A stretch of 64,000 bases of DNA from assembly GCF_006345805.1 (NCBI RefSeq), contig NC_043000.1, positions 33,790,001-33,854,000 of the forward strand, read 5' to 3'. The notes under the pieces were generated by a model. It did not search any database. It was given only the letters and a program-made list of their open reading frames with translations, and was not told the DNA's origin. This DNA comes from Octopus sinensis (Eukaryota). This document shows positions 36,686-50,801 of this stretch, one piece after another. Positions within the stretch are counted from its first letter, which is position 1; each line of letters opens with the position of its first letter. The position numbers and the translations under genes are program-made.

Positions 36686-37574
36686 AATTATTTTCTGTTC
36701 GAAAGTTGAGCACCATGTATATCAGAGTATTAATTGCTTGATGCGGTTTCATAGCTGAATCTATTACATTTTGTGCTCTCTTCTAATGTTCACATAGAAA
36801 CATTTATACAGATCAACTTCGCTAATTACTTGTGATAATTAATCATAAGGTGTAATTGCTGTTTGGAAGCTTCATTTACAACTACACAACCGTTTGCTTC
36901 TCTTCTACACGAGCGAGAAGTGTAACTTGGATACGAGAGATCGTCTAAAAGACTTCAGAGAGATGAAAATATGTTACCATGACAACATGGCAAATAAAAT
37001 AATAAATTAGAAAAATAGACACAAATAAGAGGAACACTTAATTTTGTCAACCAACTGCATCTGAAGTCAAATCTCAAAATATAAAACTTGAACATAAAAT
37101 TTTCCCATGAACATGGCTTTACTTTCAGAGATGCTTTCACAAATCCTTCCTCAACAACCTAACTTTTTTGTAATAGTTATTGTCGTAGGCAGTCAACAAA
37201 GAGTTAAAATGTACACGAAATTTATTTCAATACTGAACTCAGACTTAATCTCTTGTTTTAGTCATGACTAAGAGTTATAGGTGTGAAATATAAAAAAAAA
37301 AAAAAAGTAATATTTCATAAACCTTTGCATTGTTGGATTTCTTTTAATCACAGACACACGTGTGTAAGAGAACGCTTGTACGATAGAGGCGAGCAGCGAG
37401 AGCGAGGGCTGAGCACCGCATTCAGTGGATATGAAAAACGACTTTATTTCTGGATTAAAATGCTACCAACGGTTTCACAAAATTTTTTTACATGAAATCA
37501 TTGACAACGCTGTCGACCCACAAATGCGGTGTTGAGCACTCGTTCTCCCTGTTGTCACCACCGTAACTTATATT

Positions 37575-37985
37575 ATTCTTTTATTCTTTTTATCCTTTTG
37601 ATTGTGGCCATGCTAGAGCACCGCTTTTTAGTCGAACGAATCGAGCTCAAGTCTTATTCTTTGTAAGCCGAGTACTTTATTCTATTGGCTCTTTTGGCGA
37701 ACCGCCAGGTTACGGGGACGAAAACACACCAAGATCGACTGTCAAGCGATGGGGGAGACAAACACAGAGACACAGACGTATGCACACACACACACAAACA
37801 CACACACATATATATATATATATATGACGGGCTTCTTTCAGTTTCCGTCTACAAAATCCACTAACAACGCTTTGGTCGGCCCGAGGCTATAGCAGAAAAC
37901 ACTTGCCCAAGGTGCTACTCACTGGGACTGAACCCGGAAGCATGTGGTTGGGAAGCAAGCTTCTTGCCACACAGCCATGCTTGTG
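37575..37985 (-). mobile_element. Family B SINE, full length
   Basis: Reverse complement aligns with 6508-6892. Confidence 0.85.
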
Positions 37986-38011
37986 CCTTCCACAGAGCGC
38001 GCGCCGCCGCG

Positions 38012-38053
<42 letters not shown>

Positions 38054-38085
38054 TCTGCATGTAAAAAATTACAGGTGTATAGGTA

Positions 38086-38304
38086 CAGTTATACCTCGCC
38101 ATATCGCGCTTCACCTATCACGGTTTAGTATTTAAGCTTACGTCGATTCCTCCGTGGTGTTGTTTTGCTTTCATAATAAAACAAATATATACAAATTATA
38201 AATATAATAAATAAAATGCAGTACATACTGTTTCTACTTCGTGGATTTTGTCCTATCGCGGAAGGTTCTGGAACGTAACACCTGCGATAGTCGAGGGATT
38301 ACTG
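38086..38304. mobile_element. Tc1/mariner (Tigger/pogo-like) MITE
   Basis: TIRs CAGTTATACCTCGCCATATCGC / GCGATAGTCGAGGGATTACTG, TA on both sides. Confidence 0.8.
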
Positions 38305-39037
38305 TATACAGGTATGCCTGTTTGTACGTGTTCAAGGTGTACCTGTAATATTACATACCTGCGCCTATGATAGAGACATAGAGATTGCAAGAGAATAAAT
38401 TATAAAGTTAAGCAAAAGAAAAGAAAAATAAAGAAACGGGAGTAGAGATGTGTATTGAGAGCAGAAACAAGTTTGGAAGGAAAAAATATTGGTGGAAGTC
38501 GAACGTGAGTAAAGAGGAGGGGTGAAAGGGCGACAGAATGAGTGAGAGGAAAGATAGGATGATTGCAAGGGGGGGAGTGGGGAGGGGGGAATAGAAGGTG
38601 GGAGAAGGAGAGATAAGGAAAGAGAACGAGAGAGGGATGAATGAAAGAGAGAGAGAAGAGAGAGAATAAACAAGCTCGACCTCTTTTTGAAAGGCAAATG
38701 TAATCAGTAGAAAATTTAATTTCAACAAGTATTTCTCAGGTCTTCATAAATAATTCCGTTTTTTGCGAACCGTTCTGTTTGGAATTCACACGGACCATCT
38801 AGAAAAGATCAATTCGCTTAATATTATTATTGCATTATTCTTGTTATTGATGTTGTAGAAGTGATTGTTGTTGATGTTGTTGTTTAGATTTCAGTGATAG
38901 GGAAGGGAAGGCAGAGCGTCTCAGCGGAGCCAATGACAGGAAATAGGGGAGACAACTGTGAAATAGCCATGATTACAAACAGCGGCGTGCAACGGAGTGT
39001 GAAGAATCGATGGCAATCTCGTACTTCCAGAACTAAC

Positions 39038-39084
<47 letters not shown>

Positions 39085-39099
39085 GTGTTAGTATCTGCC

Positions 39100-39720
39100 A
39101 ACTTGACTATGTGTGCGTGTGTGTGCACGTATGTGTGTACGTATATATGCGGGGGCAGTATGTAGTTCCACCTGCACAGGTGCGTGTTTCTTTGCATAGA
39201 GGTATCTGTGCGTGTGAATATGTGCATTTATGTTGGTGTGTGTGTGTATATATGTACTTGTGTGAATGCGTTTGTCTATAAGTGCATATGCGAGGGCGCA
39301 TCATTTCACCTGCACAGGTGCGTGCTTGCATGTGTGTGTTTATGTATGTGTATGTGTGTGAATATGCATGTATATGTGAGCTTGGGTGTGTGAATGTATA
39401 AGCGCATATGTGGACGCATCATGTACCTTCACCTGCATAGGTGCACGCTTGCATGCGTCTACATCTTTGTGAAAATATATATGTGTGTATCTGTGTGTGT
39501 GTATATGTGGGTGTGTTTGTGCGTGTGTGTAAATTCCCCAACACGTGTTTGTCTCCTCATATGTAAGTGTGAGCGTGCATGTGTGTGCGCTTGCATTGAG
39601 TTTCACCTGCAGAGATACGTGCTTGTGTGCATGCTCATGTGTGTGTGTGTGTGCGTGTGCGTATGTGCGTGTGTGCGTGTGTGTGTGTGAATGCATTAAT
39701 GTGTATGTAGCTTCACCATA
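39100..39720. repeat. Cryptic minisatellite (~120-175 bp period) in GT-rich DNA
   Basis: CACCTGCACAGGTG at 39169 and 39307, variants at 39430 and 39604. Confidence 0.65.
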
Positions 39721-39830
39721 AATCTCAGTTTGTGAGTGAATGAGTATGAAGAGAGAAAGAGAGAGAGAGAAAGAGAAAGAGAGAGAAGAGAGAAAGAGAG
39801 AGAGAGAGAGAAAGAGAGAGATAGAGAGAG

Positions 39831-39864
<34 letters not shown>

Positions 39865-40178
39865 GGTGAGAGAGTAAAAAGTCATGAAACCGTTCCTTAC
39901 TTTTCTGCCATTTTTCCCCAGATTTATTTACGATTTTCTAAAGTTTGCGTTTGTTTGTTTCCAGTAAAAAGTGAGACAATATATAAAATATTTATTGGCT
40001 GCCGTCAACGAATGAACAGTTGAATGGTTTCTGCGAGTAAATAAACCATTTATCTAGGAAGAGGTTGCACCGTGGGTTGACAATGCACTGACGGGTTGGT
40101 CACTCGTTGCATAAATATATACCACCGACATGTATGTATGTATGTATGTATGTATGTATGTATGTATGTATGTATGTA

Positions 40179-40209
<31 letters not shown>

Positions 40210-40737
40210 ATGTATGTATATGAATGCATTATGTATATATGTATGTATGTATGCATGTATGTGTGTGTGCATGTATGTATGTATATGTAAATGTATGCAT
40301 GTATGTATGTATGTACGAATGTGTGTGTGTATATATGTATGTATGTAAGCATGTATGCATGTATTTATATATGTATGTATGTATGCATGTATGGTGTGTG
40401 TATGTATGTGTATGTATGTATGTATGTATGTATGCATGTGTGTGTATGTATGTATGTTTCAATATGTGTATATATGCTTCCATACATGCGTACATATATT
40501 CGCACATTCAAACACATACATATCATATATACATCCATAACACACACACACACACACACGTGCACACACAAACACAGGTACACACACACCCACACACACA
40601 TATATGTACAAACATACATACATATGTATATATATATATATATAATATACACACAGACACATTATATATATATATATATATATATACAAACATTAACATG
40701 CATATACTGAAATGTGTGTGTGTGTATGTGTGTGTGT

Positions 40738-40779
<42 letters not shown>

Positions 40780-41684
40780 GCTTTGGTTCTGTCTGGCCTT
40801 TTATAGCCTCTGGAAGCAAGCTAGAATTTTACATTAAAAGTTAATATTTTTTTCTATTATTTATTCCAGTGTTGTTCCTTTCTTGATAACCATATAAAAT
40901 GTCATTTACATTTCATTTCTATTTAACACAATTTCCATCATATTTAATTTAAATAATATTAAACCGTTGGTAACGACTGACATCAATTCCGCAGAATTAC
41001 TTGTCTTCGGTATAAATGTGAATCAGTTATAATGCACAGCGGTTCTCCAAAATATAAAGGTATCCTTGCCCTGGATCAATGGCCGCTGGTTCCTTCTAAT
41101 ATATAAAGAGTCTCCGCTTTCATTCCCTTAATTCCCTGCGGCCTTCAGAAATATAGTGTCCCCATCGTTATTTATAATGGTTCCCTGCCTCTAGGCCAAA
41201 CGCGCCTTAATTCAATGCGACCTTCAGATAAGATTCTTCCTCCTCGGCCTCAACTCTCCTTCCATTCAACGTGTGAATGTTTACACTCACTAACAAGTGC
41301 GATGGGCAATTTCTAAGGGACAATCAACCAGTCTAAGGAGAGTTTAAGAAGCTGTGAATGCCGTCTTTCTTAGATTTATGGAGTGTGAGAGAGGGCAGCC
41401 GATGAATAATGCAATACAAGGTGAGCGGAGGGAAATATGAAAGGGACGCAGAGTTGACCCGGTTTAAACAAGGGAACCTGTTTTATATGTTTACGTGTAT
41501 CTGCGCTCCCCCCTCTCTCTCTCTGTATATATATATATATATATGTGTGAATGTGTGTCATGTGTGCGTGCGCGCGCGCACGCGCGTGTGTGTGCATACA
41601 TACTCTTATGCACACCTATATACATGCACATAACCAGACATACGGTATGCGTGTATATATGGTGTATGTCTATATATATGTATA

Positions 41685-41735
<51 letters not shown>

Positions 41736-41827
41736 GTAGTATGAATGTATGTATGTATATATATATATATGTATATATATGTATATATATGTATATATAT
41801 ATGTATGTATGTATATGTATATATATG

Positions 41828-41862
<35 letters not shown>

Positions 41863-43258
41863 ATGGTATGGTATTATGCACGCGCGCGTGTGTGTTGGAA
41901 TGTATGTATTTAGCATCGGGATATACGCATTCCCGATCGCCTGTCCCTGTCTTTGTTTCGTCATCAGTGTTTAAGTTGTCTCAAATAGAGAAGTGTTTGC
42001 ATATTGATGTGCATGGTGTGTATTGAATGTAGGCGGACGATTTGCAGATCTGTCTTATATACTTCGTAATCTGTATTTTTTTTTTCTCAAATATAATTCA
42101 TATTTTAACGTTATTCAGTGAGGCTTTAGCAATTTCATTTCTTTCAGCAGCATGGAAACGCAAGAGCTTCTACGTCAATAAAACCTCATTTCCCTGCATC
42201 CCTTTCAAGCACGAGTAGCGCGCTGCTAAACCCCCGCTCACAATCACTCAGAATTTTAGGACTCGCTATCCCTCAGGTCGTCTCCTAACGAAAGCACATC
42301 TTTAACATATCTAGGATCTCTTAGCTGGAAAACTGATCCTTCTCATCGGGTCAAAATATCCCTCAACCTCCAACAATTATTGAAAATCTACAATGCTCAA
42401 GGAGGCCCCACAATGGTGTTTACCAACTGTGTCAAAGGGTTTGTTGTGGCGGACGCCCCCAGGCGAGAAGTGTGCTAGTCCACTGCTAATAAATGGTTGA
42501 CTGTCACAGTCGGTAGGGTGGGTCGGCGAAGGTAGGCCGTTCGGACCAATCCCGTAGAGACGACAAAATACGTGGTCATAATGGGACATACCAGTGGCAG
42601 CGAAGATTCGGACAATATCGCCACATGGGACATATCAGGGTTTTAGTTCGGCTGCGGTTGGCAACGTGTAACAGATCAACAACACCTTGCGAACTATTAA
42701 CAGAAGTTTTATATTCTGCGCAAGTATTTTCCGTGTTGGTCTATAAAACGATCAATACAAATAATAATTTATATACATGGGAATGGATAACCTCTGGAGT
42801 TCAGACAAAATAGCTGGTTAGTATCGCTCCGTGATACACTGCCACGATTGGAGGAATGTTAAATTCATGACAACTCATCTGTGGCTGTCAACTACTGGTA
42901 TGAGTAAGTATTTGTTAAAACAGCCATTGGCATTCTGAATCTGTTCGGCTTGAGAACAGAAATAGAAGTATGAAGTTGTGAAAATAACTGTTTGTTCTTC
43001 TGTATCTACAACGGTTGGTGAATAACTCGAGAATGGAGCTGCTACCGCAACTGGCTCGACATTCTATCATTTGTGTTAGTCGTCTGCTTGGACCGTCTGG
43101 CTAGAATACACACTCAACTCGCTCAGCCGCCTTCCTCACTGCTCTCCCATCACATAGACATCCTACACTACATCCAGAAAAGGGTCAACCGACCCTTTTC
43201 ACTGATATGTCTCCAGCATCTGCTCCACATGCATGTTGCCCCCCTTGTTTGCCTTTTC

Positions 43259-43433
43259 TACCTATTTCTTTACTACCCACAGGGGGCTAAACACAGAGAG
43301 GACAAACAAGGACAGACAAACGGATCAAGTCGATTATATCGACCCCAGTGCGTAACTGGTACTTAATTTATTGACCCCGAAAGGATGAAAGCAAAGTCGA
43401 CCTCAGCGGAATTTGAACTCAGAACGTAACGGC
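43259..43433 (-). mobile_element. Family C SINE, 5'-truncated
   Basis: Reverse complement aligns with 15500-15667. Confidence 0.8.
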
Positions 43434-44109
43434 ACATATATATGTGAATGTATACATGTATGTATGTATGTACTATTGTGTGTGTGTATATATGTATGTA
43501 TGTAAGCATGTATGCATGTATTTATGTATGTATGTATGTATGTATGCATGTATGTGTGTGTGCATGTATGTATGTATATGTGAATGTATGCATGTATGTA
43601 TGTATGTATGTACGAATGTGTGTGTGTATATATGTATGCAAGCATGTATGCATGTATTTATATATGTATGTATGTATGCATGTATGTGTGTGTGTATGTA
43701 TGTGTGTGTGTGTATGTAACCGATGCTGGTGTGTTTCGCCCGGCATACTAACGTTTCTGCCAGCGCTACTATTTTTTTCTTCTTTTGCTCCCTAGAGCTG
43801 GCTGGTCCCGTGCAACCTCTACTCTGATACTCGTGACTCACACATAACTCCCCCTCCCCTCAAACGTATTCTGTCCAGTTACACAGTTCCCGAATCCTTC
43901 CTTCTCATGATGTTGGTCCTTAGTACTTCCCTGCTCATCTCTTCCCTGCAGGTGTTCACTTGCAACAGTTCAGAGCCCATACAAAGGCTAAGGGCTCTGT
44001 CCCTTCCTCCAGAACCAACAACCTTGCTAAGGTTAAACTATGCAGGAACGTTGGAGCATATCATATGATATGACGCCAAGCTTGAAAAAAGGACTGATAA
44101 ACATGTGTG

Positions 44110-44216
<107 letters not shown>

Positions 44217-44489
44217 CGTGTATGTGCGTGCGTGTGTTACCTTGTTTTGGTAAAATATACATTAGAACTATTATATTCAGACGTACAAGGAATATATCTT
44301 TTCGAAGTCAAATCAATGCGTTTTAGAAGTTTTGTGCTTTTTTTCTCTTTCTGTTTCATTTTTCCATATTTTAGTTTAAAATAGACGCCATTCATAAGTT
44401 GGGGAAATCGTGAGAAAGGAAAAAGATAAATACTTTGAAGAAAACTGACTTGTGCATCTTAACATAGTATATATATATATATATATATA

Positions 44490-44539
<50 letters not shown>

Positions 44540-44547
44540 TGTGTGTG

Positions 44548-44581
<34 letters not shown>

Positions 44582-45106
44582 TGTATGTACGAATGTGTGT
44601 GTGTATATATATGTATATATGTATTTATGTTATGTAATTTTATGTGCATAATGAGTGAGTGTACATAGATATGTCTTACCAAAACAACTTTACTACTACA
44701 CACATTTACACCTCGTCTTTAAAGTATAAAGAAAATCTAATAATTTTCTTTTTAGACGAGACATGTAATACGTGGTAAAGAGAATTCAATTCCATTGATT
44801 GGTCTATTGAAATATGACGTCAGCTGATTATACCAGATCTAAAGATGAGAGGTGATACAAGATAGAAGCCTTTATAGTCGTCTATATGTGAGACTTAATC
44901 GAAAGAAGATGTCCATGATCGATGTGTTTCCAAAAGTTCATACATCACTCCCCCATCAGATCAATACACATCTGATAAACATTGCAAACTTTACATATTT
45001 CGGTTTTCTTTATCACAACTTCATGAATAGGGTCTATTTCAGACAGAAATACTGAAAATATATCTTTTCTTTCCAAAGTATGCATTTATATAGTTTTTCG
45101 GAAAAC

Positions 45107-45192
<86 letters not shown>

Positions 45193-45469
45193 GTCTCTGT
45201 CTCTCTGTCTCTATCTCTCTCTCTCTCACACACACACACGTATGTACATCTCAGAAACAATATTCTGAAAAACTATATTAATGCATATTTTGGTAAAAGA
45301 TGTATTTTACCAGATTTCTATGTGAGCACATAGAAGCAAAACAGGGTTGAGAAATTAGTACTCAATTACCAAAGGTAGAGTAAAATGTAGTGCTTAATTA
45401 AAGCTAGGGTTAGTGAATATCACATCATAAAACATAGAAGAGAAATTTGCTAAAGTGAAAATAGAGTGG

Positions 45470-47330
45470 GAGAGAGTTTGCGTAAGACACAAAGAAAGGA
45501 ATGGAAACTTCTTATACTAAAAAGATTTTTCTAAACCAGGATTTTCTAAAACATATACACCGATTATTGACTCATACACTAATGTCATCTGGTACTCCAG
45601 GAAATCATTACTGTTTGTGAAGACCCCAGTCAGAGTTAAGAGAAACAAGGATGAACCGTTTGATGTGCCAATGGATGGGGCGGAACTATTCGTAGTTATT
45701 GGTTCATATATTCTGAATTCTCTGTAAAATTCTGTGCGTGTATATACAGTGATGACAAGCTTATTATTGTTATTATTATTCATAGTAAAAACGTGTGCAG
45801 ACAATTCGTCGACAGACAATTCGCCGATTGGACAATTGGCTGACTGGACTATAAGTCGACATGCGGAAGTATCGATCATGGAGTTCATCAAAACGGAACG
45901 AGGAAGCAGAAAGCTTCTATACAAAGGGTGGCACCACGCCTTCAGTAGAAGAGTTAAAGTCCATCATCCCAACTTATCCGAATTAATTCAGAAGCTTGGG
46001 GTAGAAAAGTGACGCACCGAAATGGTAATAGAGCTGGCCGTAACAGGAGTTGAAGTGGCAAGGAAAAGCAAAACGTATTCATCTTAAGACTTAAAACCAT
46101 TGTTCTTAATTACGACGATGAAGCTGGATTGGAATTTTCAAGGGCATGTGACCATAATTGTATGGGATTTCTTTATTTCTATTTGTAAGACTAACAAAAC
46201 TCTTTTTGTGCTTTTTTTCATATGTCGACCTATTGTATGTAATATCATTTTATAAATAGATTGTTTTTATTTGTAAATCTAATAGAATATTTTCCTAATT
46301 TTTAGTTTCTTTTTAAAAAATTTCGACATATTGTCCTTGCAGCAAATATCCAATCAGTCACTTGTCTTGTCTGTAAGTTGTCTGTCAATCAACTGTCTGT
46401 CGACGAATTGTTCGTCTACCATAAAAACGGATATGGAGTCGATAGGTTCAGAGAAGATCTTAATCATTCTTTTAGCGTGTGGCTTTAAGAATCACTGTTG
46501 ATACGAACCTTAGTAGTGTCAAGTTTCTTAGATGTTACCTCAGGTCTACAATGTAGTAATTTTAGGCATTACCACAAGCGTAACGAAAGGCTATTATATA
46601 TTTATAAGATTTCCACCCACTCACCTTACATTTTGAAGGAGTAATTATCGTCTTTCTCAGTGGATGAAGAAACCTTCCGAATGGCCTCACTTTATTACAA
46701 CAATTCCCTTAAAACGGCCGATTTTCTGACCAGATTTGTTATACGAGAGAAGAAAATAAACCCAGGAGATCTCGTAGAAAGAGGACCAGAAGGTTTTGTT
46801 CTTCAATCAAAAAATTTGTATTAATGTCAAAACTGATGCAGCTGGGAATTTTTAGATTCAATATCAAGAGATGTTTCCAAGATGCGTATTAAAGGATATT
46901 TAACAGGAGCACCGTAAAAGTAAGTTATTCTTGTTGTTTGTTTTGTTGGTTAACGAAATAGAACGCGAAAAGACTTGCTGGAATTAATAGAAATGAAAAT
47001 AAATCTAAATGTAATTGTATAGATACTAGAAGCTACCAGCTTAATGGCAATTACTTGATCGAAGAAGTATACAGAATTAAAGTACAAGTCGATAGTAAAC
47101 CTACATACAAAACTTATACTGGAACAACTGTAAACAGCTTCAAGACATGGTTTTGAAAGATCAGTAGTGTATACCATCTCTCTGATCTGAGTTGACCTGA
47201 GGCCACTCTGCATCTGGTTATTAAATGATAAACTATGGTTCGAATTTATTATTTCGTAACTCATTACTGGCACTAAGTAGTGTTCATTGCTAAATTAATT
47301 ATTTCTTGCATGCCTTAAATAGACACCATG
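45470..47330 (+). mobile_element. Penelope-like retroelement (Naiad-type RT + GIY-YIG), decayed, split by a MULE
   Basis: Across frames: RKSLLF, FDVPM-DGAE, IYSDDKL, VKFLDVT, YYNNSL, VLFFN, IFNRSTVKVSYSC, CNCIDTRSYQLNGNY (CxCx5Cx5C with two C>Y), KTYTGTT.NSFK. Confidence 0.75.
45794..46420 (+). mobile_element. Internally deleted FLYWCH-type MULE (non-autonomous)
   Basis: 9-bp TSD GTAAAAACG/ATAAAAACG; imperfect TIRs with GACAATT repeats; MEFIKTERGSRKLLYKG joined directly to WHHAFSRRVKVHHPNL (MULE C-terminus). Confidence 0.8.
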
Positions 47331-48206
47331 GATGATAAATATTTTCTACAGCCAAAGGACTCATTCGAAATAGTTTCAAAGATATACTTTGGAAAGAAGC
47401 TGCTTTAAAATCAATGGCGTTAGATGAATGTGATTGGTGCAAAGTTAATCGATTAATACTAATTATCACACTAGCATGAAATAAATAATGTAGATTGATT
47501 CTGCATATAATATTAACAGCAAACATTGCTTGAACATTAGAAAGAAATCAATTTGTTTGAAGTACTCAGCATTTTTTTTCAATTGAATTCAAACTAACAA
47601 ATAACTGACCAACAGAATAACAATAATATACAACATATATTTCTTTTCTTTTTTTTTTGTATTTTTCTGGTCTGAAACCTACATTCCTGAAGTAAATAAA
47701 TATTTCAAATTAACTTCCTTCCCTATTTCATTTCCAAATGTTTCGCGAAATATCAACTCTTTTTAAACGATACTCATTGACATATTTCTGCTTTGCAGAT
47801 AAATCTCTCAGAACTACATCTTTCGAACATTCCTAAAGTGGACGTTTCTGATTTTCGGGTGAGTACCGAATATTTTTAAGTTCTTTTCCTAAACCTTTCC
47901 CAAGCTTATTTGTCTTTAGGAATATATATTCACCGAGAACTAAAGGTAATTCATTATTGATCTATTTATGAACATTCTTATGACTTTGCTATGTGACCAT
48001 GCTATTGCAAGATTTCATCCTTGTGGGTGTGGGACAAACATGGCTTCCATTAGAGACCTGGCCCCGTATTTCTGGCGGTAACCTTGAACTTTCTTTATTT
48101 GACGTACGATTTGAACCCGCAGATCCCCGTGCATAACTGGCGCTTTATTTTACCAGCGGCTGTAATCATTGTACCTGCTATACATATAATGTATAACATG
48201 CGTATG

Positions 48207-48251
<45 letters not shown>

Positions 48252-48339
48252 ATATATTATAATATATATATATATACATATTATATAATATGTGTGTGTG
48301 GTATACGTGTTTGTATCTTTGTGACGGTATTGTAACCAA

Positions 48340-48520
48340 TCACCGCTCCTCGATCGGTGTTGGTGAGTTAACGTACACGTGATCTAACGCTTTGGCAAAA
48401 TACTCCAATAGCATGAGTACTGGGCTTTAAAAAAGAAGTACTGGTGTCAACTGATTTGATTAAAAATCCTTGAAGGTGGTGCCCCAGCATGGCCGCAGTC
48501 TAATGAAAGAAACAGAAAAG
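48340..48520 (+). mobile_element. Family B SINE 3' half
   Basis: GGTGCCCCAGCATGGCCGCAGTCTAATGAAAGAAAC matches the family B end. Confidence 0.7.
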
Positions 48521-48557
48521 AGACAAGAGATATTTGATTTTGTTTTCTTCTTCAATT

Positions 48558-48594
<37 letters not shown>

Positions 48595-48779
48595 GTATGA
48601 TATTCGAGAGGTGTTAGTATCTAGAAGACCCAAGATGGCAGGTAAAGCTACGGGAGGACCATAGTTAGACTCTCGATTCGATAATAATACGAGTGAGGAC
48701 TCTTATACCGGTCTTATTAAGGCTCTAATACCGGTCTTATGCATGTATATGTTAAATAAAAGAGACAACAAAGCCAAGG

Positions 48780-49130
48780 CTGTGTAATAACAAAATACGA
48801 ACTCCTATTAGAATCTACATACCATGCATAAGAGGTATTTCCACCCATTCTACATACCACTTTCCTTGGATAATGGAGCTGCAGCTATAACATCCTACAT
48901 ATATTTTTACTTTTATTTTCATTCTCTTATTTCCTTTTATCCTTCCTATATCTATCCTTTTCCAAAATAACTACTTAAATTGAATTCTACTTTTTCCCTC
49001 TGGCTAACTCCCTCAACATGTCTCTGATGACGGTATATCTTTTATTTCCCCGAAACAGCTGTAAGACAACCTATCTCTTTATAAATGTCCTCGAAATATC
49101 ACATAGCGTTGGCCTTGTTATCTCATTTTA
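48780..49130 (+). mobile_element. HHR-family E repeat
   Basis: Homologous to the reverse complement of 25957-26195. Confidence 0.6.
49019..49068 (+). ncRNA. Minimal type I hammerhead motif
   Basis: TGTCT-CTGATGA-C-GG...CC-GAAA-C AGCT GTA-AGACA: perfect 5-bp stem I, palindrome ACAGCTGT, GUA; stem II weak in this copy. Confidence 0.7.
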
Positions 49131-49789
49131 TTTAACTTATACACACTCGAACACGACCCGCCTTAGACTCCTTACTCATACCGGGAGTCTAGCAGCGGTC
49201 CTTCTGTAATACTTACATAGCCTTTCCTGCCTTTTTTTATATATATTTATCCTTTAAGTTTGTTTATGGGAAACGTTTTGAATATGCAATATAAATGCTC
49301 TTATACTATATATATATATTATATATATCAATCTGCATATACACATAAATAGACGTACATATACATATACTCACACAAACGCACACGAACACGTATATAC
49401 ATATGGTTAGTTAGTTAGATAGATAGAAAAATAAATAGATATGATATACTTATATGCGTACTCACACACATGCACACACACTCACACACATACACACTAA
49501 CACGCATAAACACAGACCTATACGCTTACACACACATACACTTACTTATCATTTTACATGTGTGTACCCGTATGTACATTCCTAAATAAATATAACCACA
49601 TACAGTACAAACAGCGGGGGGGGGAAGAGAAAAAGAAAGGGGTAGAGGGGAGAGAGAGACACACACACACATGTGACTTTACGATATCGTTTGAACGTTG
49701 TCAATAATCAAACAGATCGAAGCTGGAGATATAGATTAATTTTTTTAAGAATATCAATGTAAATGAATTCACTTGTGCCTCTCTCCTTT

Positions 49790-50074
49790 TATCTATTCAT
49801 CTAGCATAGATACTTATATATAGACATACACATATGTATATACGCACATAGATGTATACATACATACATGCATACATGTGCATGTACACACATACACATA
49901 CATAAACATACATACATATATACATGCATGCATACATATATACATACATACAAACATGCATAGATACATATATATGCATATATATATGCATATATATATG
50001 TATGTATATATGTATATATATATATATGTCGTCTCATTTTATTAACATATTATATATAATATAATATATATATA

Positions 50075-50118
<44 letters not shown>

Positions 50119-50227
50119 ATCTGTGTGTGTGTATAATATATGTGTATAAATAATGTACATTACATATACGCATGCACACATGCAGACAGACATACGCGTA
50201 GATACACACACGTACATGCATACATAC

Positions 50228-50301
<74 letters not shown>

Positions 50302-50303
50302 TA

Positions 50304-50338
<35 letters not shown>

Positions 50339-50430
50339 ACATATATATGTATATGCATATATATATATATATATATTTATATATGTAAATATACATATAT
50401 TATATACACACACACACACACACACAGAGA
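49790..50430. repeat. Long compound AT/CATA/GATA microsatellite region
   Basis: Direct reading; similar blocks at 30890-31410, 41670-41870 and 51780-52200. Confidence 0.9.
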
Positions 50431-50742
50431 AAGAGAACTAGGCAGTCATGCATGTATGTATGTATGGCTGGAAGTAGGTGTACACGTATATGAAATGTAT
50501 ATTCAAGTATGCATTCATGTGTGTGTCTTTGTGTGAGTACACACACTCACACACGCGCGCAGCACACACACACACACACCATTTTATATTTTTTCCTATT
50601 AATTTATGCTCTATTTTATGTTCCTACACCCCACTCTGCCTTTGAATTCTTCTGTTCCAGTAAATTGTTAGCCAAAAAGTACAATTACCTCCAAGTTTAG
50701 AAGAAACATAAGGAAAATAAATAAATAATAATAATAATAATA

Positions 50743-50801
<59 letters not shown>

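Noticed and set aside
37398-37547. Imperfect 30-bp inverted repeat
   Set aside because: No TSD, single copy, low identity; at most an old MITE.
42300-42700. Possible decayed LINE segment (similar hints at 11420-11700, 14950-15150, 54500-55050)
   Set aside because: Only faint motif resemblance; family cannot be supported by eye.
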